Assembly (NCBI GenBank): GCA_963575745.1
Contig: CAUYUJ010000114.1
Span: forward strand, 310,001-374,000
DNA length: 64,000 bases
From: Prorocentrum cordatum
Taxonomy: Eukaryota
Direction of reading: 5' to 3'
A program made the position numbers and the translations under genes. Position 1 is the first letter of the stretch; every line of letters starts with the position of its first letter. The notes under the pieces were generated by a model, which was not told the DNA's origin, searched no databases, and saw only the letters and a program-made list of their open reading frames with translations. Positions 23,035 through 35,949 of the stretch are shown in pieces.

Positions 23035-23525
23035 CGGGACCTGTTTGTTTTTCGATCCTGACCCTACGGATCTGCGTCACGGGTGCCACCGAATTTCAGA
23101 AATGTGGCAAATCCACTGTGATTTTGGACTCTGACCCGGCCGATCTGCGTGAGGGGTGTCACCGAATTTCAGAAATGTTGCAAATCCATTGTGTTTTTGG
23201 ACCCTGACCCCGCCGATCTGCGTGAGGGGTGCCAGCGAATTTCAGAAATGTGGCAAATCCCATGTGTATGTGGACCCTGACCCTGCCGATCTTCCTGAGG
23301 GGTGCCAGCGAATTTCATAAATGTAGCAAATCCGACATGTTTTTGGACCCTGACCCTGCCGATATGTGTGAGGGGTGCCAGCGAATTTCAGAAATGTGGC
23401 AAATCCCATGTGTATGTGGACCCTGACCCCGCCGATCTGCGTGAGGGGTGCCAGCGAATTTCAGAAATGTTGCAAATCCGATGTGTTTTTGGACCCTGAC
23501 CCCGCCGATCTGCGTGAGGGGTGTT
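23035..23525. repeat. 73-bp tandem minisatellite (~6.5 units) with alternating A/B variants
   Basis: GGACCCTGACCC.GCCGATCTGCGTGAGGGGTGCCAGCGAATTTCAGAAATGT recurs every 73 bp. Confidence 0.9.
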
Positions 23526-24430
23526 AATTTTCCCACCCTAGCAATTCAGAGCACACTCTCAGGGCGTAGTAGAAATGCCTTTTTTGGGCCTCCCCCCCTC
23601 GCGTGGTCCATCAACAAGGAACAGTAAGCAGCAAGAAGCAGAACTGCAACGGTAAGCAGCAAGAAGCAGAACTGTAGCAGTGGAAACTGGAAGCTGCAAC
23701 TGGTACAGGTGACTCCCCCGCCTCCGCCCCCCACCCCATCTGCCGCGCCTCCTGCTTGGAGAGAAAGTGCTGGTCAGCAGCGAGGGCGAGCCCCAGCGCG
23801 TTCGAGTGGCTGGCGGGCCCTGCCGGAGCCAGGGGGACCTTAGGCCTACAGCTCGGTGGCCCCACAAGGGGGCCGGCGGATCTACGCGCAGAAACCAGAC
23901 CCCATGCCTTGGCATCGCTCGGACGTGTGCATTTTTCCGTCGGCGAGGACCATCGAGGAGCATCCTTGATCATTTGGCGAAAAAACCACGCACGAAACCG
24001 AAAAAAGCACAGGGAATGGACGTCCGAGCGATGGCGAGATGCCGTCACCGCAGGAACTGCAGGGACGGCAGGCTCGCGCCGCGGCGGCGCGGCGGCGACC
24101 CCGGCCACGGGCGTTCAAGGTGGAGTGCCGCCAGCTCGGGGGCGGAAAAGAGGGGGGTGATGACTAGGGGGGGGTGGATATCATGGCGGGGGCCATGATA
24201 TTTCCCCAGATTTCATGGCGCCTCTTCTTGTTTCATTACGTCCCTGGCCCCGCCGCTGGGCCGCGCACATGCCGCCGGCCATGATTTGCACCCCCCCCTC
24301 TTGGACACCCGCCTCTTGGCCGCTACCGACCAGTGGCCCGCGACCGGCCTACACACAACGGGCGCCGTTGAGCCGCCATCGTTCGGCGCTGATCGATCCG
24401 CGCGGTGTCACAAGCCGGCGCCGAAGTCGT

Positions 24431-24664
24431 CTGATGAGCCTGTCGTCCACCACCACCGCCACCAGGAGTTGGAGGGGGGAAGGAGGAGGAGGGCGAGGAG
24501 GAGGAGGAGGACGAGGACGAGGAGGAGGAGGGCGAGGAGGAGGAGGAGAAGGAGGGCGAGGAGGAAGGAGGAGGAGGGCGAGGAGGAGGAGGGCGAGGAG
24601 GAGGAGGAGGATCCTCTCCCCCTCCAACTTAGGGTGGTGGTGGTGGTGGAACGCAGGCCCGTCA
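24431..24664. mobile_element. MITE copy of the same family as the Introner at 38944-39114; another copy at 57553-57756
   Basis: TIR CTGATG.GCCTG..CCACCACCACC..TTGGAGGG around a GGA/CCT-repeat core. Confidence 0.75.
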
Positions 24665-25125
24665 TCGTTCCGGCACGAGCTTCTGCGGTACGGGCAAGTC
24701 GGGCCTGCCCCCCTACAGGGGGATTTTGGGCGAACATTTCAAAGTGTTCAAAGCAATCTTACCAAAATGTTCAAAACTAGTCCAAGAATAGTCCCTTGAC
24801 TATTTTAGTATTGTAATAGTTATTATTATTATTATTATTAGTATTAATATTATTATTACTATTATTATTATTGGTATTATTATTACTATTATCATTATCA
24901 TTGTTATTATTCTATATTATTATTTTCGTTGTTTGTTTTTATAGTTTTTTTATGTCGAGGGACAGGCCCGACGTAACGGCACTGGCAAGACGCCAAGGCA
25001 GGGGCCTTTTTTCTGGGGACTCGCGTGGCAGCCCCACGGCTCTCGGGGGCCGCTCCCCCGAGCTGGTGCCGGGGAGAGCCTGCTCGTGGCCGAGGCTCGC
25101 CGTGGCCAGCGAGATCTCGTCTTGA

Positions 25126-25289
25126 TCAGGAGAGGAAACAACACACAGACACAATTAACCGTCCATTCCCAGGAGAATATGGGAAAATATGGGAATTGGG
25201 GGGGGAAGACAAAAACCCAGAAAGTATGGGAAACTATGGGACATATTTTTATGTGTGTGTATTTATTTGTGTGTCCTGGGGCCCCTTCA
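25126..25289 (+). mobile_element. ~165-bp dispersed element (TCAGGAG..ACACACAGACACAA..AAATATGGG..TGTGTGTCCTGGGGCCCCTTCA); copies at ~22137, 30173, 35695, 36175, 37965 (partial), 43582 and 44683/44970 (split)
   Basis: About 8 recognisable copies with conserved ends, all in the + orientation. Confidence 0.8.
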
Positions 25290-26651
25290 CTTAAGTCGGG
25301 CCTGTCCCTCTGCAGGAGGAATATTTCAAAAGTAGGCAAAACATTGTATAGGGTTTTAAAAAACTTGTTTTCAGCATTTCGGGGGAATTGGTTGAGTATT
25401 TATGAGATTTCGCCCAAAATCCCCCAGTATGGGGGACAGGCCCGACTTGAGTCTCATCCCGGGCAGTTTTTTTGACGGACCCGAGGCCGAGTATTCCAAA
25501 ATTGGGGGGCAAACAAACCTACCTCGCTTTTGACCACCCTCGCTTCCAAGAGATGCCAAGCGATGCCAAGCTACGGCCTGTGCTGGTCAGGCCGCTTGAC
25601 GAGGAGGCGCGTGGTATGACTTGGTGTTGCCTGGAAGCGAAAGCGGGGTAGGTAATTCACGCTCTGAAAGATAGGCGAAAAATTGTATGGGGACTATCTT
25701 TTTACTATTTTTCAGCATTGGGAGGGAATGTGTTGAGTATGTTTGATCTTTCGCCCCAAATCCCCCTGCAGGGGGACAGGCCCGACTTACGTCTCATCCT
25801 GGGCAGTTTTCTGACGGACCCGAGGCCAAGTGAGGGCCCCCAGAGCCCGAACAAATGGGAGAGAATGTTTCGTCCTGGCTTTTTTCAAGACGCGAGCTGG
25901 TCGACCAACATGCGTGCAAAACCGGACCCTGGACCCCTCCTGGTGTCCATATTGGCCAGCCGCTGGAGCTGCGTGCAGCCGTGACGACGAGAGCCCCCGG
26001 AAGCGTGCAACACACTTCGCCCCCCCCATCGTCCTCGATCAAGGGGAGGCCAGGAACGTCAGATCCAACTCCGATCCTGAAGCAGCAGGATCCTTGCATA
26101 GAGTTGCGCCCGCTAAGGCTGTAGGACTGTTTGCGCCGCCGATGTGTCGGCGATGCGGCGCGATCCTCCGACCCCGTCTACTCCGACCCCATCTAGAAGG
26201 CTTCTACGTGACGAGCACGCAACCGTTGGCCAAAAACTCCCAGAGGCCGGGATCAATCGGCTCGTACGAGGCGCTGCCGTGCCTCCAAGACGCGTCGGAC
26301 GTCCGCAGCGGGAGGGCGTCGTGGATGGCAGCAGGAGGACTGCGCTGCGGGCCTCCTCTCCCCTCCCTGCCCCCCCCCGCCTCCCCATCCCGCGCCCTCC
26401 GCCGTCTTCGCCTGCCGTTTGGCGGCGAGCCCCATGGGGGAAGCGAGAGGGGCAGACCTTCGCAGACGCCGTGTTCTTCATATCTTAGGAAAGATAGCTT
26501 CTCGGAAGGCCGGAGGCCTTCCGAGCCTTCGCGCCCCTGGGATCGCCGCCGGCTTGCCCGCCGCTCGTCTGTCCGTCGTGTCGTCGCCCTGTTCTCTGCC
26601 ACCGGGCTCCTCCCGCGCCTGCCTCGAGACGTGTCGCGGGCCGCGCCCGAG

Positions 26652-26757
26652 GTCCTTCTCCTCCATCGTGGGACCGAACGGCAGCGGCAAGTCCAACACG
26701 ATCGACGCGCTGCTGTTCGTGTTCGGGAAGCGCGCGAAGAAGATGCGCCTCAACAAG
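26652..26757 (+). CDS. SMC4: SMC4 exon C (Walker A)
   Basis: SFSSIVGPNGSGKSNTIDALLFVFGKRAKKMRLNK. AAG|GC donor. Confidence 0.92.
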
Positions 26758-28777
26758 GCTGCGCGCGACCAGTGGTCTCTCAGGAGGACGGGTTACCAAT
26801 GTCGCCAATTGCCCCTCCCTCGTTTTTGCCGTTAAGGGGCCTCCAGGGAGGCTCTCGTCGCCACGGTTGGTTTCTTCTCGAACTCATCTTGGTCAGAACG
26901 CACCCCAGGAGAGGTCCGAGGATGAGCCGTATCGACATTTTTTGTTTTCCGAGTCTGTCCGCTAACGATTGGCGGAGCACGCGAAGGGGGAGGCCCTGGA
27001 GGCTTCTGAAAGGGTTAGATGAAGGGAGGGTTTCTGCGAAGACACTTGCTTTCTTGGAGGCCCTGCATGTTCTTAGAAGGCCGCCCCCCCGCAGCGCCAC
27101 CTCGTTCTGCGCGCCGCCAGTGATGACCCAGATATCCGATGTCTTGAAATGAACATGACGTGTTTGTTGATTCGAGGGGTCCAGGCATCCTTTCTCGAGG
27201 ATGAAAGGGTCGATGTTTTTGAACCGTTTTGAGGGGTGCCCGCTGTTATGGCTGCACGCGGTTCGAGAGCCTGGCCAGGATGGACCCCAGCAGGGTTCGG
27301 GGAGCGGATTTGAAGGGATGTTGATCGACCAGCTACAGTCAGCCCGTATCAGAAGGATGCGCGGTGAGGATGTCAGGGCCTTTGAGGCCCATGTGTGCGT
27401 TTTTCGAACGAGGTTAGCCAGCGAAAGTCGCTAAGGATGGGCCGAAGGGGCAAGGATCCAAGGGTACCCTTGCGAAGGTTGCCCATCCTTACTGTGCGGG
27501 TTGGCTGTAGCGTTGTGGAAGTCGATCAATGGAGAGGAAGCATGCTGCCGAATAGTTCCCAGACGTCTAAAACATGTGTTAAACATGTTGTAGACATGTA
27601 AAGAACATAAGTAACAGATGTTTCGATTTTTCCGGCACGTGGAGCACACTTAAAGTTCAATGATAGGACCGTTAGGGTGCCCATTTTCGTGGCAGAGAAG
27701 GCTCCTGCAGCTCGGCAGCCAGCCCGAGGGGGCCGCCCGAGTGGAGCCGGGGAGGTCGGGACAGCCTCGCGGCACAGGGGGTCACTAAGGTGCCAAAGAG
27801 CTCTCGAGCTGTGATTGCGCAAGTTTCCTGCCTGGCTCTAGGGCGTGCCTTGCGACTTCTAGATTCGAGCCTCGGTGGCATCCACAGGCCCATCCTTCCT
27901 GTGCGGGTGGACTGCAGCGGCATGAAAGACTGAGGACTCACGATGCTCGCAGTGCTCGGCCTTCGGGGGCCCCCGCCAGGACAGGGCACCGGGATGGGAC
28001 CTCGGCCCCGGGGGGAGGCCCGAGACTGCCAGGGAGCCCCGCCTGGGAAGCACCCAGACGCTGGATGCTCGGGCACGTATACGTACACACTGTTCATTCC
28101 TAGTTATTCGGGAGTTCTTTAGTTTTTTTTTGGGGGGGGGCAAGATCCTTTCATTTCTAATTGTTAGATCCTGGGCCTCTTCCTGGCCACTAGCGGGCCA
28201 GAAACGATTGGAAACGAGCACAAAACCCGAAATGAACGCGATTAGAAGTGAACGACGTGTACCACGCTTTCCCTCCTGCGTTCCCCCAGGGGAGGAGAAG
28301 GGAAAAGGGGAGGGAGGGAGAGGGCACAGCGCTCCAGAAGGGAGGGAGGGAGGGAGAAGGGAAACGGGGAGGGAGGAGGGAGAAGGGAAAAGGGGAGGGA
28401 GGGCAAAGGGGGAGGGAGGGAGGGAGAAGGGACAAGGGGGGGGAGGGAGGGAGGGACAAAAAGGGGAGGCCCCTCTCCCTCCCGCGTCCAGGGGAGCGTC
28501 GACGGCCCCAGGGCCCCGCCGCAGACCGCACCGGCCCAAGGGCGCCCACGCCCTGGCGAGCGGCGAGCGGGCCCTCCCTCCCTCCCTCCCTCCCTCCCCC
28601 CTCCCTCCCCCCCTCCCTCCCCCCCTCCCCTCCCTCCCCCCCTCCCCTCCCTCCCCTCCCCTCCCCCTCCCCCTCCCCCTCCCCCTCCCCCTCCCCCTCA
28701 CTGAACGGGACTGGTTCGCCAAACCAGGTCAGGTCAGGTCAGAAGCCTTGCGCCAGACGGCGCGCGAGCAGGGTGTC

Positions 28778-28943
28778 ACCACCCACCAAACCACCCCAAC
28801 CCAGCCCGAAGGCTCAGATGTACCCTCGGTTTCCAGTGGGGGGTGGGGGTCGGGAAGCATCGAAAAAACACGTGTGGAACCCTTATCCCCCCCAACCCGA
28901 AATGCGGGTCTTCGGGTTGGGTTGGGGTGGTTTGGTAGGTAGT
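28778..28943. mobile_element. MITE
   Basis: ACCACCCACCAAACCACCCCAACCCAGCCCGAAG pairs with CTTCGGGTTGGGTTGGGGTGGTTTGGTAGGTAGT. Confidence 0.7.
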
Positions 28944-31597
28944 CAGGGTGAAACAAGACGACTGCGCCTGTGAATGGGCACTTCGGCAATCCATCCAAAC
29001 CAGTGAGTGCAGCCCTCCATCGGAGAGGCGTCCCGCAAGAATCCGCTTTATGGGGGTAGCGGTGTAAGAAATGCATGTGGGGGGGGTGATCGGGGGCGCG
29101 CGCGGGGAGAGACCGTGGGGGGGCCTCGACCCAGGGTCCCTCGTCTCCTGGCCCCTGCTGCCCCCAGGCCCCCCAAACCGCCTGGGGACCCGAAGGGGTC
29201 GCCGCCCCCTGCGCTGGATAGGGCTTCTGGAGGCCCCCAGGGAGGCGAGGGATGCCCTCCCGCCTGACCGCCCCTTGCCCGCGCTGGGCCCCGAAGGCCC
29301 CGAGTCGGCCCGTGAGCACCTCCTGTGTCTTGCTGGCGCTGTGGCATTTTTCCGTCGGCGTGGCTCTCGGGCACAGCCGAGTGCTGCCAGGTGCGGCCAG
29401 GTCCAGACTTTGCGGCATTTGTCTCGACGAGGTGTCCAGCAAAGGACGCCACCTGCCTGAAGGCCCTTGAGGCTGGCAAAGGCCCCCTATCATGGGGGAG
29501 TGGGTGGGGAACCCACGCCCCCTCCCCGTCATGGATGGGGCCTGGCGTCGTCTTCGGTAGCTCGCCCGACTCGAGCCGCGTTCTGCTTTTCCTCGTCGAG
29601 TTGTGCGTGCTCGCCTTTTCCCGCTTCTCTGCCTGCCCCACCGTCCCTCTTTTCCAGCCCGCTCGGACGTCTTGGTTCCTCCTCCTCCTCCTCCTCCTCC
29701 TCCGCCTCCTTCCGTCTCCTCCCGTCTCCTCCTCCTCCTCCTCCTCCTCCTCCTCCTCCTCCTCCTCCTCCTCCTCCTCTCCTCCTCCTCCTCCTCCTCC
29801 TCCTCCTCCTCCTCCTCCTCCCTCCCTCCCTCCTCCCTCCTCCTCCCGTCTTCTCCTCCTATTCTGCTCCTGCTCCTGCTCCTCCTCCTCCTCCTCCTCC
29901 TCCTCCTCCTCCTCCTCCCCCTCCTCCTCCTGTCTCCTTCCCGCCCTGCTCCTCCTCCTCCTGTCTCCTTCCCGCCCTCCCCCTCCCTCCGCCCTGCGCA
30001 TCCACCTCTCTCTCGTGGGGCTGCTCCGTGACGGGCCCCGGCCCCCTCCAGAGACCGAGCCCGAGGGTCGACCGGGTTGCCTCGACGCGCGCCCGCCGTG
30101 GGCCAGGCCAGGGGGTGGGCCCATGGGCGATCTCGTGGGCCGGTTTCGTTTCGATTACGTTTTGCATTAAAGTCAGGAGGGAGAATAACACACAGACGCA
30201 ATTCGTCGTCGATTCCCCAGAAAGTATAGGAAAATATGAGAAGTGGGGGGGAAGGTAAAATTTCAAAAAAAAGAAAGACTATGGGGAATATGTTTATCTG
30301 TGTGTATTTATTTGTGTGTCCTGGGGCCCCTTCATAAACGGTGTGTTGGCGATTTCGTGGGCCGTGTTCGTTTCGATTACGTTTTGCTTCAAAGGCGGAT
30401 CGAAGACAGAACGAGGGAAAACGAAAACAAAACGACAACGAAAAACACCGTTCAGGTTCAGCCCTGCCCAGGGCCGCCAGACACCGATGCGGGGAAAGCG
30501 CTGCCCCCCCGAGGAAAAGCTATACAGGGTCCGGCTTGAATGAGGAACGCTTCCTTTTCAAACGGGGCTCGGTCGTTCCTCTGGTCAGCATGCGTTCCGC
30601 TACCTTTTTGGCGGCGAGCCCCCTCTGGTGTTCCTTCGGGCTTCCTAGACTTACTTGGAACAAAGGGGCTTCGTTCCTTATTGATCGTTCCTTAGGTCAG
30701 GCCGAATATTGGAGGGTCGGGACTTCTGGGGACCCCGCATTGAAAAGAGCAAGGCGTCGGATCCTTAGGTTGGGCGTGCAATATGAGCAGGTTCAGATCC
30801 AGTCGTGCCGATGAGGGTGTTCCAGGTGGCCCTGGAGGGGGGTACCCTTTTTGGTCTGCGGCGAGTTGGGCAAACTGCAGCACACCGAAAACGAAGAGCA
30901 CTGTGAAGCTCGAGCCCTTGTCTGGACCTGCTCCCTGGATCGGCTTTTTTCCCCGAGCCCTCTTCTGGGGCTCACGCCACGGGGGTCCGCGCAAACGGGG
31001 GTCAGCAGCAGATCTAGATCCCCTCTGTCGGGGGTGGACAGAACCCCCAACAGTGACACGTCGATTAGTGAATTGTCCGTTTTCGGTTCTCGAGAGGGCG
31101 CCGTGGCCGTCATGTTCCAGGCTTGCGCCCGCCAGCTTTGGCCCTCAGGTCGTTTTCACTAAACCACGTTTTACTGAAGGGGAGTCTGTCCATCCCCGAC
31201 TCTGGCTGGCCCGGTTCCCTTTTTCCGCCCTCCGCGGATCTGGGCTTGTCAGCTATCGGCCAGCCCGGCTTTGCGACAGGGCCTCGGCCGGCCCAGGCTT
31301 CGGGCGGACCCGGGGAGAAGTGCGCCCCGAGTCGTTGGACGGCCCCAGGGCCCACGAGAGGCTCCCGGAGGCAGAGATTGTGCAGAAGCCTCTTCCTCCT
31401 CCTCCTCCTCCTCCTCCTCCTCCTGCTCCTCCTCCTCCTCCTCCTCCTCCTCCTGCTCCTCCTCCTCCTCCTCCTCCTCCTCCTCTTCCTCCTCTTCCTC
31501 TTCTCCTTGCTCGACAGAAGGCCGGGGTCGAGGGCCAGCCCCCCGGCCCGTCCCGAGCCCGGCGCCGGACGGGCTCGCGGGGGGCCCCCGCGGAGAG

Positions 31598-31657
31598 GTG
31601 TCCGAGCTCATCCACCAGTCTGCGGAGCTGCCCAACGTGCCGAGCGCGAAGGTGGAG
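31598..31657 (+). CDS. SMC4: SMC4 exon D
   Basis: gag|GTG acceptor. VSELIHQSAELPNVPSAKVE matches the SMC4 SELIH.S motif. GAG|GC donor. Confidence 0.85.
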
Positions 31658-31675
31658 GCTGCGGGGTCGCCCCTC

Positions 31676-32131
31676 ATGATGATGATTACGATGACGACTG
31701 GGACGACGGCGACGACGACGGTGATGATGATGCTGATGGTGATGATGATGGTGCTGCTGATGATGATGATGGTGATGGTGATGGTGATGGTGATGGTGAT
31801 GGTGATGGTGATGGTGATGATGGTGACGGTGACGCTGATGTTTCTGGCGATGGTGATGGTGATGGTGATGATTGTTGTGGTGATGATGGTGATTATTGTT
31901 ATGATGATGATTCCGATGATGACGATGACGATGATGATGCTGCTGCTGATGATGATGACGTTGTTGCTGATGATGGTGATGATGATGCTGATGATGATGA
32001 CCATAATCAGCATCATCATCATCATCATCAGCATCATCATCATCATCATTATCATCATCATCATCATCATCATCACCATCATCATTATCATCAGCAGCAG
32101 CAGCATCATCATCAACATCATCATCATCATC
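31676..32131. repeat. (GAT)n tract switching to (CAT)n; further (CAT)n at ~34035-34210
   Basis: Directly visible. Confidence 0.9.
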
Positions 32132-32924
32132 ACGCCCACTTGGTCAAGCACCTGCTTGCCCGTTGGCCGCTCGGCTGCACCTGCGGCCGCCCCTCCCCCC
32201 TCCCGCTACATGGTCTCGTCCTCGCGCCTGGAATGGGTGATTCAGCAGCTGCTGCTGTGTCGTCAATGCCAAGTCCGGATTAACAGCCACGAGGACGAGT
32301 TCGTCCGTTCCTTGGTTCTCTCCGCCAAGTTTGACGTGTGGATAAACAACACCATCGCGGCTCTTGTCATGGCAGAACTTCGACTGCGTTTGCAGCGTTA
32401 TGTCGTCGCGGATCATGGTCGTCAGACCTCAGTTGGCGAATCACATGTCAGATCATAGTTAGACATCATGCTCCTCCTGGAGGAAGTGCGGGCCACGATG
32501 ATGCTGATGATGACGATCTCCCCGACAAAGGAATGGACCTTATACCGATGATGACGATCATGATTCGGCTGGTGATCGACGTCGTGGAGACCGCGGAGCT
32601 GATGCAGGAGGCCTCCCTGGTGGCGCAGGTCCTGGCGCTCTTCGTGGACCTGATCCTTGGGCGTCTGGCAATGGTGATCCGTGGGCTGGCGGCCCTGTTC
32701 GCAAAGCCCCACTTAGGCGTAGGCCTCAACGTGGTGTACGTGGTGATGCAATGGCTGTGGGTTGTCCTCGAGGCGCTGTCCCTCTTGAGCTTTGAGTGGT
32801 CCCGACTTTCCCTTTTAACACAAGGTCTCGCGGGCTTCTCCCTGAATATCGTGATTCTGCCCGTGGGCTACCGTGGGCCGATCTGCATAGTGCAGAAGAT
32901 TATCTTGTTGAAGCCCCTGCGGAT

Positions 32925-33465
32925 CTGCATGAGCTTTCAGATGGTCCTGAGCTTCTTGATGATCGTGAGCTTCTAGATGGTTGTGGTCTTTCGGATGGGC
33001 TTCTCGGTGGGCTTCCGGACCTTGCTGAGCTTCCAGATGGTTGTGCGTTTCCAGACGGTCGTGAGCTCCTTGGTGGGTTTCCTGATGGTCCTGTTCACGG
33101 GCTTCCTGATTGTCGTGAGCTTCCAGATTGTTGTGATCTCCCCGATGGTCGTGATGCTTGTCGGCTTCGTGCTGGTCGTGGGCTTCAAAATGATGTGGCT
33201 CCAGATGGTCGTGAGCTTCCAGATGGTCGGGAGCTTCCAGATGGTCGTGAGCTCCAGATGGCCCTGAGTTTCCAGATGGGCTTCTCGGTGGGCTTCCAGC
33301 TGGTCATGAGCTTCGAGATGGGCGTGCGCTTCCAGACGGGCGTGAGCTCACTGGTGTGCTTGCAGATGGACTTGGTTGTGTAATTCCAGGTGGTCGCGAG
33401 CTTCGATATAGGTGTGAGCTTCCAGAAGATCGAGTTGTTTGTCGGCTTCCAGACGGTCGTGAGAC
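32925..33465. repeat. Degenerate 18-bp GAGCTTCCAGATGGTCGT repeats
   Basis: Recurrent unit visible. Confidence 0.75.
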
Positions 33466-33840
33466 TCTCCTGGCACAGGCCGCGGAGGAGATGAAGGAGG
33501 TCGTTCGCCGGGCCCTCGGTCATGTGGCGCATGATGATGAAGCCTATCGTGCCGATCTCGGAGGTTTTCGCCCCGCAGGTTCTGCTGGCCACGGTTCGGA
33601 ACAGGAGCGGTGCAGAGAGTTATTTCGAAGGATTGGAGTGATGCCGCATCGCGGTGTTGATCTTAGCAGTGCCTTGTAATTTGGCGGCCCTTTTCTCCTC
33701 AGCTTCCTCCTCGCTGCCTCGTGCGTGACTGAATGCCGCACGCTATTCAATGTGTGTTCTTCGGAGAGAGCTGGCGTTACGACGGTTTTTTTTGTTCTTT
33801 GTTTTCCGGCCTGCGAATTGGCGCTTCTGTTTCTTACTTC

Positions 33841-34008
33841 AGCGACAGCGCTGGGATCAGCGCGTGTGAGAAGGGCGAGCAGTGACAGCGGGCCCTGGCG
33901 CTACCGAGAGAGATGCAGGAGGCGAAGCTGGTGCCCCACGTCTTCAACGACAGCGCCGATTTAGCGCGTGCGAGAAAAGTGGGCGGTGGCAGCAGGCGTT
34001 CTCGTTGC
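33841..34008 (+). pseudogene. Pentatricopeptide repeat (PPR) gene fragment, about 1.5 repeats
   Basis: SDSAGISACEKGEQ*QRALALPREMQEAKLVPHVFNDSA/SACEKSGRWQQAFSL. There is a TGA at the conserved Trp position and one frameshift. Confidence 0.75.
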
Positions 34009-34032
34009 GGTGCCAGGGGGTGATTACCGAAC

Positions 34033-34073
<41 letters not shown>

Positions 34074-35949
34074 GTCATCATCATCATCATCATCGTCATC
34101 ATCATCATCACCATCATCATCATCATCGTCATCATCATCATCATCAGCATCAGCATCATCATCGTCAGCGTCAGCATCAGCATCAGCATCAACATCATCG
34201 TCGTCGTCATAATCCAACGGTCTCGCGCCTCGAACAGGAGTTCGGAAGGAAGGGCTCAGATCCCCCCGCGCCGTGAGCAAAGTCGAGGCGGGAGTTGGTT
34301 GGCAGGTTTCGGCCTCCGGGAGCCCTCAATTACCGGGCCCTGGGGCTCTCCCTAGACGAGTGGAGATGAACAGCCGTTCTTGGGGAAGAGTTCCTGGCGA
34401 AGGTGGAGGAGGATACCTCAGTGCCTTCTCGAGGGGCGTGCTTCGAGAAACAAGGAGTAATGAGAGGGGGAGGAGGGGAACGAGACAATGCCGGGTGATG
34501 GGGGCTGGAGTGGGAGGGTTGGACTTGGACGTGCCTCGATCAAGGAGGATAGGGGAGTGACGATAGCGCAGGCAGGAGGAAGGAGGGAGGAGCAGGCAGG
34601 CACGAGGGATGAGGGAGGAAGGGGTAGGAGGGAGAAGAAGCCAGGCAACTGGGAGGATAGGGGGACTGCTCATAAAGGAGAGGCCGGGAGATGAACGAGG
34701 AATCCGGATGGGTGGAGGAATCATGATGATATGAGATGGGATGACATGAGATGAGATGAGATGAGATGAGATGAGAAGAGATGAACAAGCGGCCTGGAGC
34801 CAGATTCGGTCGGGCTACACTGGCCCGCCGTCGGGTGCCTGCGATGAGGCCTCCCCGAAATCGTGGAGGGGCTCGTCTGGCCCCTCCTCGGCTTCCTTTT
34901 TGAGGAGCCTCGAGCCGTCCGCACGGTGGCGGGAGCTCTCCCTCCAGGCCGACAGCCCTCAGCACCTCGGCTCGGGACGTCGCCCCATCCCACTGTGCCC
35001 CCCCCCCCCCCCCCCGAAGCCCCGCCTCCCCCGCGTCCTGAGACGAGGCGTTGGGGGCAGGCTCACTAGAGCCAAACGAGGCAGCCACTCGCACGCGCAC
35101 AGCGTACGGGACGCCTTCGGGGGTCTCCAACCTACGTAAGGTCCTTCGGAGCTTCCTTGAAAACAGGGTACTTGCCAGCCTTGATCTGGTGGAGCTGCGC
35201 TCTCAGGCCCGAGGCCGCGTGGTCGCGGAGACACGGGCGGAGAAGGGCACGAGGGGGTCCTTCCACGCTGAAGAAGGTCCCACACGCACAGCAGACAGTG
35301 ATGGCCTTGCCATCGTCCCGACCTGACCTCTGGCACACACGCGCGTGTGCGGCAGCGGGTGGCCGTTGAGACGACAACCCATCGGTCGGAAGAAGTAGGT
35401 AGAAACATGAAGTAGGAAGGCGTTGGAAATAGATTGGGCTTCCGCACGCCTCCTGAAGAGGAAGGAAGAGGGAAAACCACTCGACTCTTGAAGTAGGAAG
35501 GCGCTGAAAGTAGATTGGAATCTGGGCATCCAAAAATACCTACTTTCAACGACCGATGGGTAACCCATGTCACGGTCGCCCCTCGACGCAGGCTGTGCCT
35601 CGGGCGGGGCCCGCGGCCGTGCGCCTGGCGGCGCCTCGTCGGCGTCTGCACGGCCAGCAGCATAGAGCTCCGTGAGATCGGCATGGTCCTAAAGTCAGGA
35701 GGGGAAGAAACACACGGACACAATGAATCGTCCCTTCCCGCAGAAAATGTGGGAACATCTGGGAAGTGGGGGGGAAGACGAAAACCCAGAACATGTAGGA
35801 AAATATGGGAATACATCATTTTATTTGTGTGTATTGATTCGTGTGTCCTTGGGCCCCTTCATAGGGGGCCTCCCCGTCCCCAGCCAGCCCGTGCAGCCGC
35901 CCACTCTACCGCCCAGGCCCCACGGGAGGCCCCGACCAGGCCTCGCCAG

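Noticed and set aside
28729..30438. Long ORFs with poly-Glu/Arg/Gly/Pro runs (also 4719-5846, 9976-11322, 31123-32458)
   Set aside because: They stay open because of triplet microsatellites and high GC. Only short embedded exons or TE fragments are meaningful.
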